From positions 1-56,571 of the IMG/VR virus record IMGVR_UViG_3300020352_000005: 56,571 bases of DNA. The stretch is one strand, 5' to 3'. This document shows, in pieces, positions 1 through 8,527 of the stretch. Positions within the stretch are counted from its first letter, which is position 1. Each line of letters opens with the position of its first letter. Both the position numbers and the translations under genes were made by a program. The notes under the pieces were generated by a model, which saw only the letters and a list, made by a program, of their open reading frames with translations, did not search any database and was not told where the DNA came from. Source of the stretch: a virus (Duplodnaviria > Caudoviricetes).

Positions 1-47
1 CACAGAGTATGTATTCATTGGGTGGGCAGCCTGCTAAACTAAACATT

Positions 48-320
48 ATGGCAAGAATAGAAAAATGGTCAGCATCAAGTATCAAACAATACTTGATTGA
101 CAACTACGGACAACCTCGACACAATTGCAGATCCATAAAGAAGGCATGCGAAATCGTAGCAAAAAGACACGGACTATGCCCTGAAGACCTGTTTCATTTT
201 CTTATAGAGAACGAACCAGTGCAAGGCATGTATCTACACAGCTACGGTTTTCACACAAGAGCAGGGAGGGAGATAACAAGACAATTAGAAGAAGAGTATA
301 ATGAAGCTCTTGATAATTAG
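48..320 (+). CDS. hypothetical phage early protein
   Basis: ORF 9..320 in track; ATG at 48 (MARIEK) has an A-rich upstream context. Confidence 0.6.
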   Translation: MARIEKWSASSIKQYLIDNYGQPRHNCRSIKKACEIVAKRHGLCPEDLFHFLIENEPVQGMYLHSYGFHTRAGREITRQLEEEYNEALDN

Positions 321-322
321 TT

Positions 323-336
323 TGTTCACACTCATC
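323..336 (+). repeat. 14-bp dispersed repeat TGTTCACACTCATC, copy 1
   Basis: Exact copies at 323-336, 5121-5134 and 17246-17259 (+), and 8651-8664 (-). Confidence 0.9.
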
Positions 337-349
337 TTAAAATTATTCA

Positions 350-507
350 TGTGAGTTATTAAAATCCTTAGTTGTCGCTAATGTAGGCCGTTGTAATGCT
401 TAACTGTTAAGTTGGTAACTCACGCCTTGAAAACGCTACGCTTCAAGGTAATAAAGCCATTAATTACAACAAGACTGACAGGACGGAAAGACGCCCCTCT
501 AAGGAGG
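350..507 (+). ncRNA. candidate structured intergenic RNA or leader
   Basis: Stems 351-362/412-423 and 425-431/442-448, crossing pairing 390-397/463-470, hairpins 481-496 and 496-507; no ORF. Confidence 0.45.
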
Positions 508-527
508 TAACTTTAAATTAATATATT

Positions 528-1178
528 ATGCCTAATCATTGTTACGCACAAATAGCTGTGCAAAAAAAGTACGAGAAAAAGTTAGAAGAGATAGCCAAAG
601 TAGGGCTATGTAGATACTACAGGCCAATGCCTGAAGAACTAGAACAGACCACTAGTCCGACCAGAGTAGTGAGCGAGAAGGAATACGCAAAGCAAATGAA
701 AGAAAACGAGACTGCAAAGTATAAGTCTTATCCAATCACAAAAGACAGACAACGATACCTACTAGATAGATATGGGTATGACAATTGGTACGATTGGGCT
801 TATAAGAATTGGGGTACAAAGTGGGGTTGTTATGACAACGAGTACCACGAGGGGCAGTACAGTTTTACCTCAGCATGGGGGCCGATTGATGATAGTATCA
901 TCTTAGAGTTTTTAGTCAAAGACATACCAGACTTCAGCTATTCTTTTGAAGAGGAACAGGGTTGGGGTGCAGAGTTTGAATTTGAAGACGGAGAAGAAAC
1001 TCATGGACTTGAATGGGACTTACCTGATTGGGAAGACACAGATAATAATGAGATATATTATCTTGCACATAAATATGAAAATGGTGAGGGTATACATCTC
1101 AAAGGATATTATCTAGATGGAAACCTTCAAGAGTATTTAGGAAGCAACTTTGAAGAAGCAGTTGCAGAGATTAATTAA
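528..1178 (+). CDS. DUF1281/YubB (Api92-like) ferredoxin-like domain protein
   Basis: Motifs MPNHC, WYDWAYKNWGTKW and FTSAWGP are typical of this family. Confidence 0.7.
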   Translation: MPNHCYAQIAVQKKYEKKLEEIAKVGLCRYYRPMPEELEQTTSPTRVVSEKEYAKQMKENETAKYKSYPITKDRQRYLLDRYGYDNWYDWAYKNWGTKWGCYDNEYHEGQYSFTSAWGPIDDSIILEFLVKDIPDFSYSFEEEQGWGAEFEFEDGEETHGLEWDLPDWEDTDNNEIYYLAHKYENGEGIHLKGYYLDGNLQEYLGSNFEEAVAEIN

Positions 1179-1191
1179 ACCAAATAAATAT

Positions 1192-2193
1192 ATGAATGTA
1201 CTATCATTATTCGATGGCATGTCCTGTGGACAGATAGCCCTCAAGAATCTTGGTGTAAAAGTAGACAACTACTATGCATCAGAGATTGACAAGTATGCTA
1301 TAAAGATAGCAAAGAAAAACTTCCCTGACATGATTCATGTTGGGGACGTTACTCAGGTAGAATCCAAACACTTTGGTGCTGACGGATTCAATACAAAGAT
1401 AGACCTTATCATGGGTGGTAGCCCATGTCAAGGGTTTAGTAGAGCAGGTAAGAACCTCAACTTTGATGACCCTAGGAGCAAGTTGTTCTTTGAGTTTGTC
1501 AGGTTATTAAAGGAACTCAAACCAAAGTATTTTCTACTAGAGAATGTAAAGATGACAAAAGAACACAGAGATACTATATCAAATGTGTTGGGTGTTGAGC
1601 CAATATACATAGACTCAGCACTTGTATCTGCACAAACCAGGAAGAGATACTATTGGACAAACATACCCTATATCTTTGGGCCTATCAATCAACACATAGT
1701 ATTGAAAGATATTATTCAAACAGAAGGAGAGCTTGAAGGTTCTGCTGTTGATGAGAGAATGGTAACCAATAAAGGTAAAGCGTATTGTCTTACAGCACGA
1801 TACGATGGTGCTGTATGGTGGAACAGCATAGAGAGAAGCCAACGCACTATGATTAGGATAGAAGACAAGGTGTGTTTTCCTGAAGCCACAAAGAAAGGGT
1901 ACGCTGCCGTAGGTATTGGAGAAGGTCTAGACCTATCTTATCCTAGCAGCACAACTAGAAGAGGTAGAGCGTTGACAGACAAGGCACATTGCCTGACTAC
2001 TATCTCACCTAATCAAGGCATCATTAATGAGAAATACAATTGGAGAAAGCTCACACCTGTAGAATGTGAGAGGCTTCAAACTGTGCCTGATAATTACACA
2101 GAAGGTGTGTCTAACTCTCAACGTTACAAGATGTTGGGTAATGGTTGGACAGTTAAAGTAATTGAACATATATTAAAAAACATGGAGATATGA
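1192..2193 (+). CDS. DNA (cytosine-5) methyltransferase
   Basis: Motif I SLFDGMSCG, catalytic GSPCQGFS, ENV, QTRKRYYW and C-terminal KMLGNGW; ATG at 1192. Confidence 0.92.
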   Translation: MNVLSLFDGMSCGQIALKNLGVKVDNYYASEIDKYAIKIAKKNFPDMIHVGDVTQVESKHFGADGFNTKIDLIMGGSPCQGFSRAGKNLNFDDPRSKLFFEFVRLLKELKPKYFLLENVKMTKEHRDTISNVLGVEPIYIDSALVSAQTRKRYYWTNIPYIFGPINQHIVLKDIIQTEGELEGSAVDERMVTNKGKAYCLTARYDGAVWWNSIERSQRTMIRIEDKVCFPEATKKGYAAVGIGEGLDLSYPSSTTRRGRALTDKAHCLTTISPNQGIINEKYNWRKLTPVECERLQTVPDNYTEGVSNSQRYKMLGNGWTVKVIEHILKNMEI

Positions 2194-2795
2194 ATTTATT
2201 AACACAAAACAGTAAGTTAAAGAAGACAAGTAAAGCCCTCGATTTGAGGGTTTTTAATTTTGGAATACCTGCATACAAGTCTGCATCAGGCAAACTAACC
2301 TGCCCTATGGCTGACGAGTGTGTCAAGTTCTGCTATGCAAAGAAAGGTGCGTACGTTTGGAGTAACGTTCAGCCTGCATTTGAGAAGAGGTATCAACTAA
2401 GTAAGACGTTAGAGTTTATTGATGCTATGAATGCCGAGATAAAAAAGAAACGTCCTGACTATGTAAGAGTACACGATAGTGGTGACTACTATTCTAGGAG
2501 TTATCTAGCCAAGTGGATATCGATAGCAAGAGCAAATCCAAGTGTGCGATTTTATAGCTACACAAATATGGTGGACATGATGCACAAAGCTGATCTTCCT
2601 GAAAACTATGATATTATATTTAGTGATTCAGGTAAGCAAAAACATATGATAAATAAAGACGTGGATAGACACACTAAAATATTTGACAGTAAGCAGAGCT
2701 TAAAAGATGCAGGATATGTAGACGCCTCAGACACAGACCTTTACGCAACCAAGTGGTTCAACCAAACAAACAAGGTTGGATTAGTTTTTCATTAA
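2190..2795 (+). CDS. GP88-like protein (Cys cluster, radical-SAM-like)
   Basis: NSKLKK N-terminus, TCPMADECVKFCYA, RVHDSGD and FYSYT motifs. Confidence 0.7.
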   Translation: MNLLTQNSKLKKTSKALDLRVFNFGIPAYKSASGKLTCPMADECVKFCYAKKGAYVWSNVQPAFEKRYQLSKTLEFIDAMNAEIKKKRPDYVRVHDSGDYYSRSYLAKWISIARANPSVRFYSYTNMVDMMHKADLPENYDIIFSDSGKQKHMINKDVDRHTKIFDSKQSLKDAGYVDASDTDLYATKWFNQTNKVGLVFH

Positions 2796-2866
2796 AAAAA
2801 ACAAATAAAAGTTGCATAATAAATAAATTATTATTATTTTTACAAACACAATTTAATTTAATCATC

Positions 2867-3118
2867 ATGGGAAAATCAAAAGAAATGTTCAACAGAGAAC
2901 GTGAACAACAATCAGAAACATTAGCATCATTTATTGACGATGAATACCAGATTGCTGAGTATCATCACAACCAACAACGCTTAGTATTGAATGAGATATT
3001 CACAGCGTGGGGTGAGATATTTGGAGGCACTAAAGAGAGTGCGTTCAATCTATCAAAATCCAAAAAAACTAAGTTTAACCTAAGTAAAAACAAATCAAAT
3101 GAAGAGAGGAATATTTAA
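2867..3118 (+). CDS. hypothetical protein
   Basis: ATG at 2867 (MGKSKE) after an AT-rich intergenic stretch. Confidence 0.6.
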   Translation: MGKSKEMFNREREQQSETLASFIDDEYQIAEYHHNQQRLVLNEIFTAWGEIFGGTKESAFNLSKSKKTKFNLSKNKSNEERNI

Positions 3119-3407
3119 TAAATATGTTAACTATGTCTGTTCAGAGATAGGCGTATCAAAGAAAGAGTTATTCTCAAAGACTAGGGCGGAAAGGTTGTCT
3201 ACAGCAAGATTTTTATTGTATGCTGTATGTTATCAAAGACCTATGAGTATAATTCAAATAGTAGACCTTATGTCTGAGAATGGCTACAATATAACTAGAC
3301 AAAATGTAGAGTATGGGATATCTAAAATAAATCAATCAGAAGACATTGATGTCCTTAACTTTATAAACTCGGCAGTAGATTATTGTAAAGAAGAAACTAT
3401 AGCATAA
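3099..3407 (+). CDS. DnaA C-terminal (domain IV)-like HTH DNA-binding protein
   Basis: ELFSKTRAERLSTARFLLYAVC...ITRQNVEYGISKI resembles the DnaA domain IV pattern. Confidence 0.55.
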   Translation: MKRGIFNKYVNYVCSEIGVSKKELFSKTRAERLSTARFLLYAVCYQRPMSIIQIVDLMSENGYNITRQNVEYGISKINQSEDIDVLNFINSAVDYCKEETIA

Positions 3408-3790
3408 TGAAGTACAGTTTGAATCAAGTATGGGAACAGGCCAAGTCTTTTAAGAAAAGTGCTTGCTTAGATTTTCGTAGAGAGGAGGCATACATATATA
3501 AAGGTATTAAAATTACTAAAAACAATGACAATATTAATATATATAGCACAAACAACGCACAGTTCCAGTATCATGAAATGAAGGAAGATCAATATGATTT
3601 GTTCATGGAGTTGGGATTTGTTGATGCCACTCATGAAATAGTAAAGACAATCTATCAGAGTAAAATCAATAAGATTAATGATAAGATAAAAAACGAAATC
3701 AATACGAGAAACAATAAGAAACATTATGATTCATTAAAATTTAAGAGAGATAATTTAATTAATAAATACAGTAACATAACTAAAAAGTAA
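3407..3790 (+). CDS. hypothetical protein
   Basis: 127-aa ORF coupled by a TAATG overlap. Confidence 0.7.
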   Translation: MKYSLNQVWEQAKSFKKSACLDFRREEAYIYKGIKITKNNDNINIYSTNNAQFQYHEMKEDQYDLFMELGFVDATHEIVKTIYQSKINKINDKIKNEINTRNNKKHYDSLKFKRDNLINKYSNITKK

Positions 3791-3793
3791 ATT

Positions 3794-4390
3794 ATGGGAA
3801 ACACAAAGTCAACATTCAAAGAGCTTACATCAATCAATGTAAAGGACAAAGTAGAAAAGAAAGGGAGGTTTGATTACTTATCTTGGGCATACGCCTGGGC
3901 TATAGTAAAAGACAAGTACCCTGATTCAAACAGGACTGTATATGAATCAGAACACACAGGTCTTAATTACTTTAGTGATGGCTCTACGGCCTATGTAAAG
4001 GTAGGTATAACTATTAATGAGATAGAGCATATAGACTATCTTCCAATAATGGGCCACAACAACCAATCATTATCTATTGATAAGATTACTTCATTTGCAG
4101 TAAATAAAACTATTCAACGTAGTACAGTTAAAGCTATTGCTATGCACGGACTAGGTCTTTCTTTGTGGGCAGGCGAAGACCTCGCTGATATAAGTGAGAC
4201 TGCACCAAAGAAGACTACAGCTGCAGCTAAAAAGCCAACGCTAAAAAAGACACACGAGAAGTGGAATGATGTAGTAAGCTTTGTAAAGTCCAATAAGAAT
4301 GAACCGTTTGCTTCTACAATAGCTAAGGTAGAGCAGAAGTTTTCGTTATCAGTAGCAATCAAAAAAGAACTTTCGAATTATGCAAAGTAA
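3794..4390 (+). CDS. Sak3/DUF1071-like single-strand annealing protein
   Basis: VEKKGRFDYLSWAYAW and KAIAMHGLGLSLWAGEDL motifs; next to an exonuclease and SSB. Confidence 0.8.
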   Translation: MGNTKSTFKELTSINVKDKVEKKGRFDYLSWAYAWAIVKDKYPDSNRTVYESEHTGLNYFSDGSTAYVKVGITINEIEHIDYLPIMGHNNQSLSIDKITSFAVNKTIQRSTVKAIAMHGLGLSLWAGEDLADISETAPKKTTAAAKKPTLKKTHEKWNDVVSFVKSNKNEPFASTIAKVEQKFSLSVAIKKELSNYAK

Positions 4391-5117
4391 TATTATAGAA
4401 CAACTCAGAGACGATAGTAATTACTACGGTACTGTTGGTCAGCAATACTTATCTAACTCAGATATTTATAGCTTACTTAAAAACCCTAGAAAATTCAGAC
4501 ACAAAGAAAAAAGCCTACCCTTGTTAGAGGGTAGCTATTTTCATACGGCTATGTTAGAGCCAGAGAAGATAGATACATACAACGTAATGGATGTATCTAG
4601 TAGAGCCACTAAAGGTTTTAAAGAATATATCAAGGAAAACAGTCTTGATCCATACGATGTGCTACTTACAAAAGAAGTAGATAAGATAAACACATGGGTT
4701 GATGCTATGAAGTCTAACTTTGAAATGTTTACAGATATATACGCAGATGGTAATCAATATGAGCAACCTGCAATAGCTACCATATTTGGTATGGAGTGGA
4801 AAGGTAAGGCAGATATAATTACAGACACCAAAGTAATTGACATCAAAACTTCAGGAAATTCAGATAAATTTAAGTGGAGTGCTAACGATTACAATTATGA
4901 CAGCCAAGCATATTTATATGAGCAGCTGTTCGGTAAGCCTGTAGAGTTTTACATTATAGATAAAACTACACTAAAGCTCAAGATAGCTACACCTTCTGCA
5001 GAAACCATTTTAAGAGGTAGAGAGAAGGTTTTAAAAGCTATAGAGGTATACAAGACGTTCTTTGCTGAAGATTCAGCAGAAGACATTACACAATACATAG
5101 AGCGTGAAGAGTTTTAA
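4380..5117 (+). CDS. PD-(D/E)XK exonuclease (RecE/DUF3799-like)
   Basis: LSNSDI, GSYFHTAMLEP, KGKADI..IDIKT and YNYDSQAYLY motifs. Confidence 0.8.
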   Translation: MQSNIIEQLRDDSNYYGTVGQQYLSNSDIYSLLKNPRKFRHKEKSLPLLEGSYFHTAMLEPEKIDTYNVMDVSSRATKGFKEYIKENSLDPYDVLLTKEVDKINTWVDAMKSNFEMFTDIYADGNQYEQPAIATIFGMEWKGKADIITDTKVIDIKTSGNSDKFKWSANDYNYDSQAYLYEQLFGKPVEFYIIDKTTLKLKIATPSAETILRGREKVLKAIEVYKTFFAEDSAEDITQYIEREEF

Positions 5118-5120
5118 AAC

Positions 5121-5134
5121 TGTTCACACTCATC
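5121..5134 (+). repeat. 14-bp dispersed repeat, copy 2
   Basis: TGTTCACACTCATC immediately after the exonuclease stop codon. Confidence 0.9.
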
Positions 5135-5191
5135 ATCTTACGGAGTCAGATGTGCTGCTCCAACTCAGCACTCAACCTTAATACTATAATT

Positions 5192-5467
5192 ATGTCACAA
5201 GACAAAGTATTTGCAGACGGATTTCTCTTCAAACGTAGAGAAAACGCACCAGAGTTCGTAATTGGTAACATCAGCGTAAAAGTTGACGATGCGATTACGT
5301 TTTTAAACAACAATCAAAAAAATGGATGGGTAAACCTAAATGTGCTTAATAGCAAGGGAGGTAAACCTTACATTGAACTTGATACTTTTGTACCAAAGAA
5401 AAGGGTGAACGGAACAGATACTGCTCCTAACCAAGCGCCTGTACAAGAGGCAGACTTGCCATTCTAA
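5192..5467 (+). CDS. single-stranded DNA-binding protein (putative)
   Basis: Small beta-rich protein with an acidic EADLPF C-terminal tail, in the recombination module. Confidence 0.65.
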   Translation: MSQDKVFADGFLFKRRENAPEFVIGNISVKVDDAITFLNNNQKNGWVNLNVLNSKGGKPYIELDTFVPKKRVNGTDTAPNQAPVQEADLPF

Positions 5468-5478
5468 CCAATCATGAA

Positions 5479-5520
5479 GATAGGGGGGGTTCGTGGTTGA
5501 CTCCCCCCTTATTTTCTCTT
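5479..5520 (+). terminator. intrinsic terminator-like hairpin
   Basis: GGGGGGGT-loop-ACTCCCCCC followed by TTATTTT, after the SSB gene. Confidence 0.7.
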
Positions 5521-5524
5521 ATCT

Positions 5525-5620
5525 ATGTTGAAAATGTCAATTATTTTCCTTAGATATGGCAAAAAAAAATAAATTTAATATAATTATATAAAAGAGTATA
5601 TAGTAAAAAAAAATCGACAT
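5525..5620. promoter_or_regulatory. origin-like element A (ATGTYRA pair, AT-rich core, TCGACAT)
   Basis: ATGTTGA 5525, ATGTCAA 5534, ~75 nt AT-rich core, and TCGACAT 5614-5620 overlapping the primase ATG; mirrors 55811-55909. Confidence 0.5.
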
Positions 5621-8045
5621 GGAACAAAATCAAGTTACTATATTTAGAAACATAAAAGACACCTCTACTCCTTTCTTTAGGGATATAGAATCTATCCTAG
5701 TAAGGATTAAAGAGGGAACTTCTAAAGACTTAATAAAACAAATACGTTCTGAGAAGAACAAAGAAGTGAGGCAAGAGCTTAAGAAAAATCTACCTGCAAT
5801 ATGTTTCTCTGGAATGTTTAACAAGAGAAACGATGACAGTATAACTCAGCATAGTGGGTTTATATGCTTAGACTTTGATGGTTATAAGACTAAAAAAGAC
5901 ATGATGTCTGAAAAAGAAAGGCTATCAAAAGACAGATACACTTATTCGGTATTTATATCTCCAAGTGGAAACGGACTCAAGGCTTTAGTTAAGATACCTA
6001 AAGAACCAAATAATCATAAGAATTATTTTATGTCTTTAGAAAGGTATTTCAATTCACAATATTTTGATAAGACAAGCAAGAATGTATCAAGAGTTTGTTA
6101 TGAGTCTTACGATCCCTTGATATATGTAAATGAGAATTCTAACTTATGGGATAAGATAGAGGAACAAGAATACAAGGTGGTTGATAAGTATTCGTCTAGA
6201 CCAACAATACCTGTTACTGATGAAAACAAGATTGTAGATATCTTAATGAAGTGGTGGACAAAGAAATATGGGATGGTTGATGGCGAAAGAAACAATAACA
6301 TATACATACTTGCGGCAGCCTTTAATGATTATGGAGTCAGTAGGTCTTTGGCTGAATATATTATGTCTCAGTTTCAATCTAATGATTTTAGCTTATCAGA
6401 AATTAAAACAACTATTAACTCAGCTTACTCTCAAACTCAAAACTTCGGTTCAAAGTATTATGAAGATGAAGACAGAGTAAACCAGGTTAGGATGAAATTA
6501 AAACGTGGAGTATCAAAAAAGGAGATACGTCTTCAGTTAGCGGAATCCCAAATTGAAGACGCAGTAATTGACTCAGTCATTACTTCGATTGAAGAAGATG
6601 AAAGCGAAAAAAGATTTTGGAGTAAGAGCGAGAAAGGGGTTATAACAATAATACATTATTTGTTTAGACAGTTTTTAGAAGACCATGGGTTCTTTAAGTT
6701 TTGCCCAGAAGGAAGCAAGCACTTTATATTTGTGCGTGTTACAAATAATTTAATCGACCACACAACTGAAGAAGAGATAAAAGACTTTGTTCTTGGTTAT
6801 TTAGAAGACCTAGATGATATGTCTGTATACAACTACTTTGCAGATAAGACTAGGTTTTTTAGGGAAGAGTTTTTATCACTACTTGGAACTGTTGATGTTT
6901 ATTTTATTGAAGACGACAAAGACACGGCCTACCTTTACTACAGAAACTGTGCTGTTAAAGTAACAAAGGATAAGAAGACAACAATTGATTATCTTGATTT
7001 AGGTGGCTATGTTTGGAAGGATCAAGTTATTGATCGTGACTTTGATATGTGTGACTCATTTGACTGTGATTACAAATCATTTATAAAAAATATTTCAGGA
7101 GGCGACAAACAAACTATACTATCTATGAGAAGCACGATAGGGTATATGTTACATGCATATAAAAATCTTTCTTATTGTCCTGCAATAATATTAAATGATG
7201 AGGTCATATCAGAAAATCCTGAGGGGGGTACAGGTAAAGGCCTGTTTATTAACGCACTATCTCAAATGAAAAAGCTAGTTGTTATTGATGGTAAGGCATT
7301 TAATTTTGAGAAGAGCTTCGCATATCAATTAGTAAGTGCAGACACACAGATACTTTGTTTTGATGATGTTAAAAAACATTTTGATTTTGAAAGATTGTTT
7401 AGTGTTGTTACTGAGGGACTTACGCTTGAAAAGAAAAACAAGGATGCAATTAAGATACCATTTAGTAAATCACCAAAGGTTGCAATCACCACAAACTACG
7501 CTATAAAGGGTAGAGGTAATTCTTTTGAGAGAAGAAAATGGGAGTTAGAATTTTCTCAGTTTTACACAAAAGATTTTACACCATTAGTTGAGTTTGGAAA
7601 GCTTTTATTTTCTGAGTGGAACGAAGATGAGTGGTGTGCTTTTGATAATTATATGGTTGAAAATCTAATGTTCTATCTAACAAAAGGCCTTATAAAAGGT
7701 AACTTTAAAAATCAAACTGTAAGACATTTGTCAGCTGATACTTGTCACGAGTTTGTAGAGTGGTGTGGATTGTTTGATAATGATTACGTTAACGAGGCAA
7801 TAAGGTACGATGAGAAAATTTATAAGAATGATTTGTACTTAGAGTTCATTGCAGATAATCCTGACTTTGCTCCTAAAGCTAAAAGAACCATATCTAGAAC
7901 TGAGTTTTATAGATGGCTGAATTCTTTTGCTTTATTCAAGACAGGTCAAAAGCCAGATGATGGTAGAGACTTAAACGGAAGATGGATTGTATTTCTAACC
8001 GACAAAACAAAAAAGAAAAAAGATGAAGGAAAGTTTATATTCTGA
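5619..8045 (+). CDS. primase-helicase (BT4734/VirE-N-like primase, PriCT-like domain, SF3-like P-loop helicase)
   Basis: KKNLPAICFSG, HSGFICLDFD, FISPSGNGLK, GERNNN, Walker A EGGTGKG and Walker B CFDD. Confidence 0.85.
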   Translation: MEQNQVTIFRNIKDTSTPFFRDIESILVRIKEGTSKDLIKQIRSEKNKEVRQELKKNLPAICFSGMFNKRNDDSITQHSGFICLDFDGYKTKKDMMSEKERLSKDRYTYSVFISPSGNGLKALVKIPKEPNNHKNYFMSLERYFNSQYFDKTSKNVSRVCYESYDPLIYVNENSNLWDKIEEQEYKVVDKYSSRPTIPVTDENKIVDILMKWWTKKYGMVDGERNNNIYILAAAFNDYGVSRSLAEYIMSQFQSNDFSLSEIKTTINSAYSQTQNFGSKYYEDEDRVNQVRMKLKRGVSKKEIRLQLAESQIEDAVIDSVITSIEEDESEKRFWSKSEKGVITIIHYLFRQFLEDHGFFKFCPEGSKHFIFVRVTNNLIDHTTEEEIKDFVLGYLEDLDDMSVYNYFADKTRFFREEFLSLLGTVDVYFIEDDKDTAYLYYRNCAVKVTKDKKTTIDYLDLGGYVWKDQVIDRDFDMCDSFDCDYKSFIKNISGGDKQTILSMRSTIGYMLHAYKNLSYCPAIILNDEVISENPEGGTGKGLFINALSQMKKLVVIDGKAFNFEKSFAYQLVSADTQILCFDDVKKHFDFERLFSVVTEGLTLEKKNKDAIKIPFSKSPKVAITTNYAIKGRGNSFERRKWELEFSQFYTKDFTPLVEFGKLLFSEWNEDEWCAFDNYMVENLMFYLTKGLIKGNFKNQTVRHLSADTCHEFVEWCGLFDNDYVNEAIRYDEKIYKNDLYLEFIADNPDFAPKAKRTISRTEFYRWLNSFALFKTGQKPDDGRDLNGRWIVFLTDKTKKKKDEGKFIF

Positions 8046-8298
8046 TTTTAAGTGGTGTATTGAAAACGATTTTCAAGTTTACATACAACCATTGAATAAT
8101 AGCGGTGAATGCAAGATAGCAATACGAAAAGGAGGCATCTCTACAGAGGGGAAGCCTTCAAAGTATTGTAAAGAAAAAGGTTTAACTTTATACAGTAAAG
8201 AAACTCTTGGTACTGTAACGTATAAAACACAAAAAAAAGCGTCAGAACAATTACCAAAAGTTTATCGATACTTAAAAAAAACTTATGGAGATATTTGA
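8023..8298 (+). CDS. hypothetical protein
   Basis: 91-aa ORF overlapping its neighbours in the operon. Confidence 0.6.
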   Translation: MKESLYSDFKWCIENDFQVYIQPLNNSGECKIAIRKGGISTEGKPSKYCKEKGLTLYSKETLGTVTYKTQKKASEQLPKVYRYLKKTYGDI

Positions 8299-8527
8299 TC
8301 AACAAGATGAAATACATTGGGGAATGTTAAATTCCTACGACATAGTGGTTTATAAAGTGCCTTTTTCTGAATTGTCATTCACGGACTTCAGCTTCTTCAT
8401 TCATGACATTACAAAGCCTATAACAACAAAAGTTGTAGATGATTTAATGTATTACTTTGAAGAGGTTGAAGACTACGAAAAATGTCAAGTACTTAAAGAA
8501 ATAAGACACGAATATGATTCAATTTAG
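8285..8527 (+). CDS. hypothetical protein with a UVR-like C-terminal motif
   Basis: YFEEVEDYEKCQVLKEI resembles the UvrB/UvrC coiled-coil motif. Confidence 0.55.
   Translation: MEIFDQQDEIHWGMLNSYDIVVYKVPFSELSFTDFSFFIHDITKPITTKVVDDLMYYFEEVEDYEKCQVLKEIRHEYDSI

Noticed and set aside
475-496. CTGACAG...GAAA as a hammerhead ribozyme core
   Set aside because: It does not match CUGANGA and I could not build the three required stems.
501-507. AAGGAGG as a Shine-Dalgarno site for ATG 528
   Set aside because: It is 20 nt from the start codon, and other genes here lack SD sequences; it is better explained as part of a hairpin.
6268-6480. 70-aa +1-frame ORF inside the primase-helicase
   Set aside because: Length is compatible with chance, with no clear GC shift or motif.
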